DNA of 248,000 nt from Hyalangium minutum. GTDB taxonomy: Bacteria; Myxococcota; Myxococcia; Myxococcales; Myxococcaceae. This document shows positions 147,725-158,807 of this stretch, in pieces. Position numbers and translations under genes: made by a program. The number at the start of each line of letters is the position of its first letter. The first letter of the stretch is position 1. The stretch spans positions 20,001-268,000 of the forward strand of contig NZ_JMCB01000003.1 of NCBI RefSeq assembly GCF_000737315.1, in the 5' to 3' direction. The notes under the pieces were generated by a model. It was given only the letters and a program-made list of their open reading frames with translations. It had not been told where the DNA came from and did no database searches.

Positions 147725-148231
147725 ATGAGCGGGAACATCCCGATGACCCCTTATGGTCTCCGCAAGCTCAAGGAGGAACTCAAGCACCTCCAGACGGTGG
147801 AGCGCGGGAAGATCACTCGGGAGATTGAGGTCGCGCGGGCCCATGGTGACCTGAAGGAGAACGCCGAGTACCACGCGGCCAAGGAGAAGCAGTCCCACAT
147901 CGAGGGACGCATCCTGGATCTCAATGACTGGATCGCCCGAGCCGAGGTGATCGACACCAGCAAGCTCAAGGGGGATGCCGTCGTCTTTGGCGCTACCGTG
148001 ATGCTGCGGGACTCGGACACCGACAAGACGGTGACGTACCGGATCGTCGGGGAACTGGAGGCCGACATCAAGAAGCGCTGGCTGGCGGTCACCTCCCCCG
148101 TGGCCCGCGCGCTCATCGGCAAGAAGATGGGCGACACCGCCGTGGTCCGCAGTCCCGGAGGCGAGAAGGAGTACGAGATCGAGGAGATCCGCTTCGAGGA
148201 TCCCCCGGACGACGCCCCGTCCCCTCCTTGA
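147725..148231 (+). CDS. greA: Transcription elongation factor GreA
   Basis: HGDLKENAEYHAAKE, SPVARALIG. Confidence 0.95.
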   Translation: MSGNIPMTPYGLRKLKEELKHLQTVERGKITREIEVARAHGDLKENAEYHAAKEKQSHIEGRILDLNDWIARAEVIDTSKLKGDAVVFGATVMLRDSDTDKTVTYRIVGELEADIKKRWLAVTSPVARALIGKKMGDTAVVRSPGGEKEYEIEEIRFEDPPDDAPSPP

Positions 148232-148340
148232 CGCCTCGCGATATGCAGCTGCCGGGGGAGTGGGCATCTGCTCGCTCCCCCGCTTTCATTTCGTGCGGGA
148301 CGTCATCCCTGCTTTTTAGGATGAGCGCTCGGACCCGCTT

Positions 148341-151070
148341 GTGAACCATCCTCTTGCCAGCCTCGTGGGACCGCTGCGCTACGCGTGCCAGCGGGACTTC
148401 GCCCAGCTCTCCACCGTGAGGGATCTGCGTGGCGTCATCGAGCGCACCCTGGCGGGGGCCTCGGGCGTGGAGCCGCGTGCCCTGTCGCTGTTGCGCGCCG
148501 CGCTGCCCCATGTGGACCACCCCCTGTTGGACCGTCGTAAGGCCGCCCTGCGGAGGGTGGTGGCGGCGCTGAAGATGGGCGGGGTGGCCCTGCCGGCCGA
148601 GCTGGAGCAGGTGATTCGCGGAGAGACGGGCGGCTTCTTGCCCGAGCCCGTGGGGGACGGCGGCGAGGCGAGGGCAGAGGCAGCCGTAGCGCCTGTGAGG
148701 CCTCCCTCGGGCAGGCAGGAGCCGGAGCGTGAGAGTCCGGCACAGCGCCCGGCGGCGGTTCCCGCTTGGAAGTCCTCAGAGCCCGTCGCGTCTCCCGCCG
148801 CGTTGAGGTTCTCTCCGGAGACTCCGGTCCGGCCTGCGGCTGCGCGGATGTCTCCTGCGGCCGAGAAGGCGGAGAAGGTCGAGAAGAAGGCCGCCCCCGC
148901 GAAGAAGCGCAAGAGCGCGCCTGGGGCAGAGGCATCCCGGGCCGAGGCGAAGCTCCTGTCCATCGCGCCGCGCTCGGGACCGCTGTCCGTTCCGCTCAAG
149001 ACGCTGGGCAAGCGGCTGGGTCCGCGTCTGCTGGGCGCCCTCAACAAGAAGGGCTTGCGCCGGGTGGGTGACATCCTCTTCCTGCTGCCGCGCTGCTACG
149101 AGGACCGGCGCCGTCTGCTGACCATCGCCGAGCTGAACCCCGGCGAGCGCGGCGTCACCGTGGGCATCGTCAAGCACGCGGACTATGCCGCCGGCCGCAA
149201 TGGCAAGCGCTACTTCAAGGCCGTCATCGCGGACCGCTCCGGCAGCATCGCCTGCACCTACTTCCACGCGGGCCCCTGGCTGAAGGCGCGCTTCACGGTG
149301 GGCAAGCGGATCGTGCTCTCGGGTGAGGTGCGCGCCTCCACCACCGGGCGCGAGATGGCCCACCCGGAGATCGAGCCTGCCGAGGACATCGAGTCCTCCT
149401 CCGTCCACTTCAGCCGCATCGTCCCGGTGTACCCAGGCTTCGAGCGGGGCGATCAGCGCTCGTTCCGCGAGGTCGCCGCTCGGGTTGCCGACTCCTACGC
149501 CCAGCACCTTGAGGAGCCTCTCCCCGAGTCTCTCCGCAAGCGGCTGGGGTTGATGACGCTCACCGAGGCCCTGCGCAGCATCCACTTCCCCCCGGATGAG
149601 TCGGACCTGGGCCTGCTCGATGCGCACCGCAGCCCCGCGCACCGGCGGCTCGCGTTCGATGAGCTGTTCTTCCTGCAGCTCGGGGTAGGGCTCAAGCGCC
149701 AAGGCGTGAAGGTGGAGAAGGGCATCGCCTTCAATGTCTCCCCCGAGCGGCTGGCACAGGCGCGGGGCGCGCTCCCGTTCCAGCTCACCGGCGCCCAGTC
149801 CCGGGTGGTCGAGCAGCTTGCCCAGGACATGGCTCGCTCCGAGCCCATGAACCGGCTCGTCCAGGGCGACGTGGGCTCTGGCAAGACGGCCGTGGCACTC
149901 GTGGCCGCGCTGGTTGCGCTGCAGGACGGCTACCAGGTGGCCGTGATGGCGCCCACGGAGATCCTCGCCGAGCAGCACGAGCGCACCTTCCAGCGCCTCC
150001 TGGAGCCGCTCGGGTTCCGGGTGGGGCTGGTCAGCGCCGCCGGTACCGCCAAGCAGAAGCGCGAGGTCCGCGAGGCCGTGGCCCGAGGGGAGATCCACCT
150101 CGCCGTGGGCACGCACGCGCTCGTCCAGGAAGAGATGTCCTTTGATCGGCTGGGGTTGGCTGTCATCGACGAGCAGCACCGCTTCGGTGTGCTCCAGCGC
150201 CACACGCTCATGAGCAAGGGCCCCAAGCCGGACGTGCTGGTGATGACCGCCACGCCCATCCCTCGCACCCTGGCGATGACGCTCTATGGAGATCTGGACG
150301 TCTCCATCATCGACGAGCTGCCCCCGGGCCGTACGCCCGTGTCCACCCGTGTCTTCAGTGAGCAGCACCGTCCTCGCGTCTACGAAGGTGTGGCCGCCGA
150401 GCTGGCCAAGGGCCACCAGGCCTACGTCGTCTATCCGCTGGTCGAGGAGTCCGAGAAGCTCGACCTGGAGGACGCCACGCGGGGCGCGGACAAGCTCCAG
150501 CAGGTGTTCCCACAGGCGCGGGTGGGCCTGCTCCACGGGCGCATGAAGCCCGAGGAGAAGGACGCCGTCATGGAGGACTTCCGCCAGAAGCGCATCCACC
150601 TCTTGGTGTGCACCACCGTGGTGGAGGTGGGCGTGGACGTGCCCAACGCCTCGGTGATGGTCATCGAGCACGCCGAGCGCTTCGGCCTCTCGCAGCTGCA
150701 CCAGTTACGCGGCCGGGTGGGGCGCGGCGCCGCCGTGAGCCACTGCTACCTCGTGGCCAGCCCGGCCCGATCCTGGGAGTCCACCGAGCGTCTGTCGGTG
150801 ATGGAGCACAGCAATGACGGCTTCGTCATCGCGGAGAAGGATCTGGAGATCCGCGGGCCCGGCGAATTCCTCGGCACGCGGCAGAGCGGAATGCCCGAGC
150901 TCGCGGTGGCCAACCTGGCGAGGGACGGGGATCTGCTCGCGGTGGCCCAGGTCGAGGCCCGGCGCATCCTGGAGGCGGATCCGCACCTGCGTGCCTCCGA
151001 TCATCAGGGGCTGGTCAAGGCGCTCGAGGAGCGGTGGGAAGGCCGGTTGGCGCTGGCCCAGGTGGGGTAG
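148341..151070 (+). CDS. recG: ATP-dependent DNA helicase RecG
   Basis: QGDVGSGKT, DEQHRFG, QLHQLRGRVGRG. Confidence 0.96.
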   Translation: MNHPLASLVGPLRYACQRDFAQLSTVRDLRGVIERTLAGASGVEPRALSLLRAALPHVDHPLLDRRKAALRRVVAALKMGGVALPAELEQVIRGETGGFLPEPVGDGGEARAEAAVAPVRPPSGRQEPERESPAQRPAAVPAWKSSEPVASPAALRFSPETPVRPAAARMSPAAEKAEKVEKKAAPAKKRKSAPGAEASRAEAKLLSIAPRSGPLSVPLKTLGKRLGPRLLGALNKKGLRRVGDILFLLPRCYEDRRRLLTIAELNPGERGVTVGIVKHADYAAGRNGKRYFKAVIADRSGSIACTYFHAGPWLKARFTVGKRIVLSGEVRASTTGREMAHPEIEPAEDIESSSVHFSRIVPVYPGFERGDQRSFREVAARVADSYAQHLEEPLPESLRKRLGLMTLTEALRSIHFPPDESDLGLLDAHRSPAHRRLAFDELFFLQLGVGLKRQGVKVEKGIAFNVSPERLAQARGALPFQLTGAQSRVVEQLAQDMARSEPMNRLVQGDVGSGKTAVALVAALVALQDGYQVAVMAPTEILAEQHERTFQRLLEPLGFRVGLVSAAGTAKQKREVREAVARGEIHLAVGTHALVQEEMSFDRLGLAVIDEQHRFGVLQRHTLMSKGPKPDVLVMTATPIPRTLAMTLYGDLDVSIIDELPPGRTPVSTRVFSEQHRPRVYEGVAAELAKGHQAYVVYPLVEESEKLDLEDATRGADKLQQVFPQARVGLLHGRMKPEEKDAVMEDFRQKRIHLLVCTTVVEVGVDVPNASVMVIEHAERFGLSQLHQLRGRVGRGAAVSHCYLVASPARSWESTERLSVMEHSNDGFVIAEKDLEIRGPGEFLGTRQSGMPELAVANLARDGDLLAVAQVEARRILEADPHLRASDHQGLVKALEERWEGRLALAQVG

Positions 151071-151124
151071 CCGCCTGCCAGGACCCACGCACCGTGGCTA
151101 GATTCCCAGGAGCGGGGTGCGGCC

Positions 151125-151760
151125 ATGGGTGACTTGGAGCTCGCGGACTTCCTGGAGCGGCAGGGGATCCGAGATCGGCGGGTGCTCGATGCAATCCGGC
151201 GCTTGAGCCGGGCGGACTTCGTTCCGGAGACCGCGCGCGATGCCGCCACCCAGGACTCCCCGTTGTCCATTGGTCATGGGCAGACCATCAGCCAGCCCTA
151301 CATCGTGGCGCTCATGTCCCAAGCCCTCGAGCTGCAGGGACACGAGCGGGTGCTGGAGATCGGCACCGGCTCGGGCTACCAGACAGCCGTCCTGGCGCTC
151401 CTGTGTCGGGAAGTGTACTCCGTGGAGATCGTGCCCTCGCTCGCCCGCTCGTCGAGGAAGCTGCTGAGGCAGTTGGGCTTCGAGAACGTCTATCTGCGGC
151501 TGGGGGATGGCACGCAGGGGTGGCCCGAAGCCGCGCCCTTTGACGCCACTATCGGCACGGCGGCTCCCGAGGCCGTACCTCCCAAGCTGCTCGGGCAGCT
151601 TCGGCCCGGGGGGCGCATGGTCATCCCGGTGGGTTCCCAGGGGCAGAGCCAGGAACTGCTGCGAATCACCCGCGCCCGGCAAGGCGGTGTCCCCCGGGTC
151701 GAGCACCTGCTCCCCGTGCGGTTCGTGCCGATGACGGGGGAGGCCTTGAACCCGGGGTAG
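151125..151760 (+). CDS. pcm: Protein-L-isoaspartate O-methyltransferase
   Basis: GQTISQP, LEIGTGSGY, VRFVPM. Confidence 0.93.
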   Translation: MGDLELADFLERQGIRDRRVLDAIRRLSRADFVPETARDAATQDSPLSIGHGQTISQPYIVALMSQALELQGHERVLEIGTGSGYQTAVLALLCREVYSVEIVPSLARSSRKLLRQLGFENVYLRLGDGTQGWPEAAPFDATIGTAAPEAVPPKLLGQLRPGGRMVIPVGSQGQSQELLRITRARQGGVPRVEHLLPVRFVPMTGEALNPG

Positions 151761-151807
151761 AGCACTGTGCGTTGCCCCCGGGCGCCTCGGCCCGTTAACG
151801 TGCGCTC

Positions 151808-152389
151808 ATGATCATCTGCCCGGTGTGTGAGCACCAGCAGGCCCAAGGGGACGAGTGCGACAACTGTGGCAAGAAGCTCCAGGTGCCCAGAGCCGCCGCC
151901 GCCGTGGCCGTGCAAACCCTCCCTGAACTCGAGCAGACCCTCCACGCGGGTGGGCGTGTGGCGGTCGATGCCCCTCTTATTCCCGAACTGGACTCGACCC
152001 GCCAGAAGGCCGGGCCGGACCTGCCCGTCCAGGTGGTGCAGGACATGGAGACCACCCGCGCGGCGCCCATCGACAAGGTGAGCGTCGAGGCCGTGACGGA
152101 CCTGGACACGGGCCGCGCGGCGGATGACGGGGTTCGCACGGCGGCGCCCACGGGCGCAGTGGTGTGCCGGTACTGCCGCAACGTCCAGGCCGATGGCATT
152201 GTGTGCGACAAGTGCGGCATGCGGCTGCCCAAGGCCCGTCCTGCCCCGCAGGCCGCGGCGAAGGGGGCTGGGGCCTCCGCGTCGGCGGAGGATCTGACGT
152301 GGATGCCGTGCCAGAAGTGCCGGACGCCCACCCGGCCCAACAAGATCTGCTCGGTCTGTGGCACGCGCGTGGTAGCAGTCGACGCATGA
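151808..152389 (+). CDS. Double zinc-ribbon protein
   Basis: Multiple CxxC pairs. Confidence 0.7.
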   Translation: MIICPVCEHQQAQGDECDNCGKKLQVPRAAAAVAVQTLPELEQTLHAGGRVAVDAPLIPELDSTRQKAGPDLPVQVVQDMETTRAAPIDKVSVEAVTDLDTGRAADDGVRTAAPTGAVVCRYCRNVQADGIVCDKCGMRLPKARPAPQAAAKGAGASASAEDLTWMPCQKCRTPTRPNKICSVCGTRVVAVDA

Positions 152390-153726
152390 GCACTCAGCCG
152401 AGTTCCGGTTTCCGCGCGGAGTACGCCTGCAGCGAGGGCTGCGGCTTCCGCGCATCCTTGTGGGAAGTCATCTACCGCTGCCCGAAGTGCGGCTCGCTGC
152501 TGGAGGTGGCGCACGATCTGGAGGCGCTGCGCTCGGTGCCGGCGGCGGAGTGGAAGCGCCGCTTCGAGTCACGGTTCGGGTCCGCGCGGCTGCCGAATGC
152601 CTCGGGCGTGTGGGGCAAGCACGAGTGGGTGTGCCCCGAGCTGCCCGTGGAGGACATCGTCTCGCTGGGCGAGGGCCGGGTGCCGCTCATGCCGCTGCGG
152701 CGGATGGCCTCCGAGCTGGGGCTGGCGAGCCTGGAGCTCAAGGAGTGCGGCGTCTCGCCGACGGGGAGCTTCAAGGACTGGGGCATGACGGTGCTGGTGT
152801 CCGCGGTGAAGCACCTGCGGGCCCGGGGCGTGCCCATCCGCGCGGTGGCATGCGCGTCCACGGGAGACACCTCGGCGGCGCTGTCCGCGTACGCGGCGGC
152901 GGCGGGGATCCCCTCGGTGGTGTTCCTGCCCAAGGACAAGGTGTCGCTGGCACAGCTGGTGCAGCCCATCGCCAACGGGGCGAAGGTGCTCTCGCTGGAC
153001 ACGGACTTCGACGGCTGCATGAAGCTGGTGCAGCAGGTGACGGAGGACCGGGGGCTGTATCTGGCCAACTCGATGAACTCGCTGCGCATCGAGGGCCAGA
153101 AAGTGGTCGCCATGGAGCTGTGCCAGGACCTGGACTGGGAGCCGCCGGACTGGGTGGTGATCCCTGGCGGCAACCTGGGCAACGCGAGCGCCCTGGGCAA
153201 GGGCTTCCAGATGCTGAAGGCCATGGGGCTGATCTCCCGGCTGCCGCGGATCGCGGTGGCGCAGGCGCAGCGGGCCAACCCGCTGTTCCGGGCCTTCCGT
153301 GGCGGATTCCAGGAACTGCTGCCGATGAAGGCGGAGAAGACGCTGGCCTCGGCGATCCAGATTGGCAATCCGGTGTCGTTCCGGCGGGCGGTGCGGACGT
153401 TGCAGGCGTTCGACGGGGTGGTGGAGGAGGCCACGGAGTCCGAGCTGGCGAACGCAGCGGCCCGGGCCGATCGCGAGGGCACCTTCACCTGCCCGCACAC
153501 GGGCGTGGCGCTGGCGGCGGTGGAGAAGCTGGTGGCCCAAGGGGTGATCGCCAAGGGCTCGCGGGTGGCGGTGGTGTCCACGGCGCACGGACTGAAGTTC
153601 GCGGACTTCAAGGTGGGGTACCACCGGGGCACGCTGGCGGACGTGGAGAGCCGGCGGGCCAATCCCCCAGTGGAGCTGCCGGCGGAGCTGGGGGCAGTCC
153701 GCAAGGCCCTGGAATCTCTGGGTTAG
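152386..153726 (+). CDS. thrC: Threonine synthase
   Basis: PTGSFKD, ASTGDTS, PGGNLGN, CPHTG, STAHGLKF. Confidence 0.92.
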   Translation: MSTQPSSGFRAEYACSEGCGFRASLWEVIYRCPKCGSLLEVAHDLEALRSVPAAEWKRRFESRFGSARLPNASGVWGKHEWVCPELPVEDIVSLGEGRVPLMPLRRMASELGLASLELKECGVSPTGSFKDWGMTVLVSAVKHLRARGVPIRAVACASTGDTSAALSAYAAAAGIPSVVFLPKDKVSLAQLVQPIANGAKVLSLDTDFDGCMKLVQQVTEDRGLYLANSMNSLRIEGQKVVAMELCQDLDWEPPDWVVIPGGNLGNASALGKGFQMLKAMGLISRLPRIAVAQAQRANPLFRAFRGGFQELLPMKAEKTLASAIQIGNPVSFRRAVRTLQAFDGVVEEATESELANAAARADREGTFTCPHTGVALAAVEKLVAQGVIAKGSRVAVVSTAHGLKFADFKVGYHRGTLADVESRRANPPVELPAELGAVRKALESLG

Positions 153727-153801
153727 GGCCGCAGGGAAGGCGGGGCAGGGGCGCGCGGGCGGCTCGACGCCGGGCCGAGGCTGCGCTATGTCCCCGGCCC
153801 C

Positions 153802-154143
153802 GTGAACGCCCCTACCTCCGATGAGTTGCGCTCTCAGCATGAGCGCCTTCAGGCCAGCCTGGCCACGCGCCAGAGCGTCCTGCACTTCGCCCACACGGGC
153901 GTGTCGATCCTCGTGGCGATGATCCTCTCGGGGGCGGCGGCCAAGCTGTTCTGGGACTCGTCGAAGGTGCCGTACCTGGGCTTCGCGGTGGTCGCCGTGG
154001 TGCTGGGATTGGTGAGCTACAGCGTGGTGCACTACCGCAAGGGGCGCCGGGAACTGGCCGAGGAGCTGAAGCGCTACGGCGATCTGCTGGAGCTGCGCCG
154101 CCAGCTGCAACTGGACAACCCCTCGAAGCTGCTGCCCCGGTGA
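153802..154143 (+). CDS. Small two-TM protein
   Basis: Conserved-looking ORF overlapping the tmk start. Confidence 0.6.
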   Translation: MNAPTSDELRSQHERLQASLATRQSVLHFAHTGVSILVAMILSGAAAKLFWDSSKVPYLGFAVVAVVLGLVSYSVVHYRKGRRELAEELKRYGDLLELRRQLQLDNPSKLLPR

Positions 154144-154805
154144 GCGCGCTCCGCAGAAAGGCCGCGGGGCGCGGGCGTTTCCTCGTCCTGGAGGGACTGG
154201 ACGGCGCGGGGACCACGACGCAAGCCGAGCGGCTTGCGGCGGCCCTGCGCGCGGACGGGCACTCGGTGATGACGACGCGGGAGCCCTCGGATGGGCCCAT
154301 TGGGACGCTGATCCGTCAGGCGCTCACGGGGCGATTGGTACTGCCCGGGGGCGCGGGCCCGCTGGCGCAGGAGACGCTGGCGCTGCTCTACGCGGCGGAC
154401 CGGACGGATCACCTGAAGGCGAGGGTGCTGCCGGCGCTGGAGGCAGGGCAGATCGTCATCAGCGATCGGTACGTGCTGTCCTCGCTGGCGTACCAGGGCG
154501 CGAGCTTGTCCATGGCGTGGGTGGAGGCGGCGAACGGGTACGCGGTGCCGCCGGATCTCACGCTGTTCGTGCACGTGTCTCCAGCGGTGGCGGCACAGCG
154601 GCGGGCGGCGCGGGGAGGGGCGAAGGAACTGTTCGAGGAGGACGCGCTCCAGCGGCGGATTGCCCGCCAGTACGAAGAGGCGATCCGCCGGCGCGAGGCG
154701 CAGGAGAAGATCGTCCGGATCGACGGCGAGCAATCCGTGGAGGCCGTGACGGAGGCCTGCCTGGCGGAGATCCGCAAACTGTTCGGGCGCAAGCGCGCGC
154801 GCTGA
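154140..154805 (+). CDS. tmk: Thymidylate kinase
   Basis: EGLDGAGTTT, TREP, SDRY. Confidence 0.92.
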   Translation: MSALRRKAAGRGRFLVLEGLDGAGTTTQAERLAAALRADGHSVMTTREPSDGPIGTLIRQALTGRLVLPGGAGPLAQETLALLYAADRTDHLKARVLPALEAGQIVISDRYVLSSLAYQGASLSMAWVEAANGYAVPPDLTLFVHVSPAVAAQRRAARGGAKELFEEDALQRRIARQYEEAIRRREAQEKIVRIDGEQSVEAVTEACLAEIRKLFGRKRAR

Positions 154806-154808
154806 GGG

Positions 154809-157597
154809 CTAAGGCAGCCGGAGCTGGAGCACCACGGTGATGTAGGTGGGCCCCACTTTGGTGATCTCGTAGTTCACGGTTCCCTGGTGCCGGACGGCGA
154901 CCCAGAACGAGGTGCCGTCGGCGGAGCTCATCAGTGGCGTGGCCTTGTTGCCCAGCAGATCGCCTCCGTAGGTGAAGAAGTAGGAGGGATCGTTGATCCG
155001 TCCATACTCGAGCCCCGCGTTGTAGCTGGGCCGGACAGAGATCGTCCCCGAGGCCGTCGAGGTGAGGGCGAAGTGGCCGGCCCGCAGGTCGAGGTTGGAG
155101 ACTGGTGTCGCGGCCAGCGGCCGCCCGTCCAGCGCATGCTCGGCGAGGAAGTAGGCCTGTGCATTGAACGGCACGTAGCCGTTGCCGATGTCCAGGTACC
155201 CTTCGGTGGGGTGCCAGAGGGAGAGGACCCGATCCGGTCCGAGGACGATCGCCGTGAGGACTCCGCCCCTGACGGTCTGGGTGCCTGTGGGTGCGCCGTC
155301 CTGGAAGAGCGTGAGCGTGGAGAGCGCAACGGTGTTGAAAGGGTTGGGGAGTGCCACGGTCGCGCGCCCGTTCGCCAGGGCGAGCCCCGCAGTGCCCGCT
155401 GCCGCCGCGTCCGCTTGTAAGCCCCGGAAGAGCACACTCCCTGTGGAGTTCCGATAGACGAACAGGTTGAACGCGGAGACGCCCAGCGAGCCGAAGCCGT
155501 TGACGTTCGAGAGCACCAGGCCCGCCGTGTCATCGTTGCCCACGGCGGCGGCCATCAGCTGGGTCCCGGAGGGCACATCGGCGAGGCGCTCCAGGGCCTG
155601 GAAGCTCCCGTTGGCATAGTGGGCGAGGACCAGGACGGGCGCGGAGTTGCTGCCCACCGTGCCGCTGGGGAAGCTCAGAGAGCGATCGGCATAGAAGAGC
155701 GCGGAGGTCGTTCCATTGGACTGGATCCCGATCGCAACAGGGGTCATGGGCACGGTCGCGGCCCACACCTGCCCATTGGCTTCACGGACCGCGAGCACCT
155801 CTCCGGACGGGAGGGTGGCCACCGTGCCGCCGAAGGAGATGTCGCCATTGGTGGTGGCGATGATCGCGACGCGGCCATCGCGGGCGGCGAACCGGTTCAC
155901 CCCGACGGTCGATCCATTGGCGGTGGTGATCGGGAGGACGGCAGCCACGGGCGTGTGCCGGAACCGGATAGAGGCCGGGGTCGTGGGGCCTGCGGGCACG
156001 TCGAACCAGATGTATCCATAAAGGGACAAGAAGGGCTCGTAGCCGGGGTATTGCTCCAGCACGCTGCGAGCGTCGGGCTCGAAGAAGAGCTGGTGGCGTG
156101 AGCCGACTGGGAGCTCGACGGTGCAGGTGGAGGTGCAGTCGATGGTGCCATCCGCCGAGCGCACCCTGCCGCCGCCGGTCCCCCCGAAAGTGAAGGTGAT
156201 GGTCGTCCGCTCGCGGACGAACTGCGCGTCGGGCGGCCGGATGAAGACGCGATGGCCATCCCACGCGGCGGCGATCGTGCCGTCCGGGCCCACAGCGGCA
156301 GTGGGGTGATAGAAGGGGTCTGGGCTGGGACTTCCGCCCTCGGGGCCAGACTGCTCGGGGTTGATCAGCTCCGAGCGGAGGCTGCCGTCGCGAGCCACCT
156401 CCGTGAGTGCAAGCGGTGGGTGGCGTCCCTTGTAGAGCCCGTGGACGACTCGCAGGGGCCCATCGTCGCGCGTGGCGATGCGAGGGTAGGCGATGGGGCC
156501 CAGCTCGTACGAGGTCCAGGCGGTCCCGTCATACACGCCATAGATTCCGCGGCCGCTGATGACGTATCCGCCCAGGCCATCCGGGTTGCTGCCGATCTCG
156601 TCATAGACGTACGTGACGTGGACCTGACCGCGCCCGTCCACTCTCACGCTGCCGCCGAAGCCCGCGGCCACTCCGTCCTTCGGGAGAGGGATGAGCTCGA
156701 AGCCTCCGGCCCGTTGGTAGAAGACCTTCTGGTACGACTCCACGAGCAGCACCAGGTTGCCATTCGCATCCAGGGTGCCGTCCACCATCCGCGCGGACAG
156801 GGGCTCTCCCGTCATCAGGGCTGGCAAGGCCACGCGGCTCCAAGCGCCGGAGTCGCGGCGGTAGAGCTCCACCTCTCCGTTGGTCCTGTTGACGAGGACA
156901 TGAGGCAGGCCGTTGTGCAGGAGCACGCGCATCTCGTAGACGGGGTTGCCCTGTCCGGCGACGCGCTCTTCGGTCCATTCGCTTCGGCCTCCCAGGGGAC
157001 GGGAGCGGTAGAAGAGCTCGTAGGAGCTCTGGGCGAGATAGGCGAAGTGGAGGGTGGTCTCATCCACGGCCATGCCCGAGTTGCGGAAGGCGGGCAGGGG
157101 AGACAGCACCGGCTCACACGCGCCCGTGAAGCGGCTGTACGTGGCTGGGGCGATGGGGTTGGAACCACAGGAGAGGCTTCCGCCGCTGACGGAGGTGGCC
157201 GCATGGACACCGCCCCGGGCATCCACCGCCAACGAGGTGGCACCGGAGAGAAATGCGGAGCAAAGCAGTCCCGGCACCTCGAAGTAGCCGTGGGAGAGGG
157301 CGGAGGAAGCGCACGTGGCGGACCAGGAGAAGGAGCGGCTGCCGGAGGTGGCCTGGGTGGACTGGAGCTTGAGTTCTCCTTGGCGAGTGAGTGCGAGGAT
157401 GCGCGTGCGCAACTGGGTGCCAGGAGGCGTCTTCGAGTCCCGGATCACGGTCTGTAGCAGCTCGCCGTTGTTCACCTCGAAGGTGGCGATCTGGGCGGCT
157501 TCCCCCAAGGAGCCGCGCGTGCCCACATAGCCGAGCCCTTGCAGTCACAGGCCGAGGCAGCCAGGGAAAGGAGCACACCCAGGAGCAATGAGCGCAA
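154809..157597 (-). pseudogene. Large beta-rich lipoprotein with a 1-nt frameshift after the signal peptide
   Basis: AGGAGG + TTG start gives MRSLLLGVLLSLAASAC|DCKG in a frame offset from the 905-aa ORF; shift at the G3 run 157536-157538. Confidence 0.65.
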
Positions 157598-157692
157598 GAA
157601 GGACCTCCTGTTGGGGGGATCTCTTCATAGCACTCTGAGTGCGTCCTGGTGGGAGGTCAGGTACGCTCGTGGTCGCTCATCCGCGAGGGCTC

Positions 157693-157908
157693 ATGAACCT
157701 GCGTGCAAAGCTGGTGCTTGGGGGCCTGTTGGTTGTCGGGACAGGCTGTCCGCATGACTGGATGAAGGGGGGCACCAACGATCGGGCCATGGCCAAGGAC
157801 ATGCGGGAGATGCTGGAGGATGACGAGGAGTGTCCTGAGGGAAAGACCCTGCGGGCAGATTGCGTGAACACGCTTCCTGACGGTTCCTGCCGGGTGACAT
157901 GTCAGTGA
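157693..157908 (+). CDS. Small Cys-containing lipoprotein
   Basis: Lipobox GTGC. Confidence 0.6.
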   Translation: MNLRAKLVLGGLLVVGTGCPHDWMKGGTNDRAMAKDMREMLEDDEECPEGKTLRADCVNTLPDGSCRVTCQ

Positions 157909-158795
157909 GCGGCCGCACGTGGCCGGTATGGGTGGGGGCTCTCCTGCTGCCTGTGCCGCTCGTCTTGTTGGTGAGCCAGGTGTTCCACGCTGGATTCAGA
158001 TCAGGTGGTGCAGGGGATGAGCGCTTCAGCCCCGTGCTGTCTCTGGAAGAGAAACGAAGACTGCTGACCTTCGATCACACCTGCCAAGGCAGCGAAGATT
158101 GCGAGTCCCCCCTCGGCTGCCTTCAGGATTTCAGGCGATTCAATCTGAGCGTGTGCATCAGCAGTGAGTGTGAAGTGGATACCCAATGTCCTGAGGGCCA
158201 AGCGTGCAGAGCATTCAAGACGCAAGGGGACGGACCTCTGGTTCGCTTGTGTGTAGCAACAGGCACACGCAGGGAAGGCCAGGGCTGCAGCCGTCTCCCC
158301 AACAGGCAGGATCAAGCTTGTGAGCAGGGACTGCTCTGCAACAAGGGGTACTGCGGGCGACCGTGCCAGCCAGGAACCTCGGACGGCTGCCCGAACGGTT
158401 TCGTCTGCGGGGAAGGTCCTGAGTTCGCTTCGTGCCTGCCTGCATGCGAGGAGGGGCAGTGCCCTCAGGGACAAGAATGCGTTCCCTTCGAGGGGCGTTT
158501 CGCGGTCTGTGCCCGAGTGGTTGGAGACAACTGCAGGAGGGCTCCGTGTCCTCAGGGCCAGGAGTGCCGGATCGGTCAAGCCCCAGGGGAGGGGGACAGA
158601 GTGACGATGGAATGCCTCACTCCGTGCGACGCTCGGGAGCGCCCATGCCCAGCGGGTTCTGCTTGCTTCTTTGGGTACTGTGGACGCGTTTGCGATCCGA
158701 AGAGTGAGGGGGCTTGCGGTCCACGTGAGTTCTGCAACCTGCACATGAACCCCACCTCCCGCGAGAAGTTCTGGTTCTGCAGCCCCCAGCAGTAG
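157899..158795 (+). CDS. Cysteine-rich secreted protein
   Basis: N-terminal TM; many CxxxxxC units. Confidence 0.7.
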   Translation: MSVSGRTWPVWVGALLLPVPLVLLVSQVFHAGFRSGGAGDERFSPVLSLEEKRRLLTFDHTCQGSEDCESPLGCLQDFRRFNLSVCISSECEVDTQCPEGQACRAFKTQGDGPLVRLCVATGTRREGQGCSRLPNRQDQACEQGLLCNKGYCGRPCQPGTSDGCPNGFVCGEGPEFASCLPACEEGQCPQGQECVPFEGRFAVCARVVGDNCRRAPCPQGQECRIGQAPGEGDRVTMECLTPCDARERPCPAGSACFFGYCGRVCDPKSEGACGPREFCNLHMNPTSREKFWFCSPQQ

Positions 158796-158807
158796 AGTCT
158801 GGTGCCC

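Noticed and set aside
157545-157547. In-frame TGA upstream of the 905-aa ORF as a second selenocysteine
   Set aside because: No redox motif or SECIS; the alternative frame gives a clean RBS and lipoprotein signal, so a frameshift explains it better.
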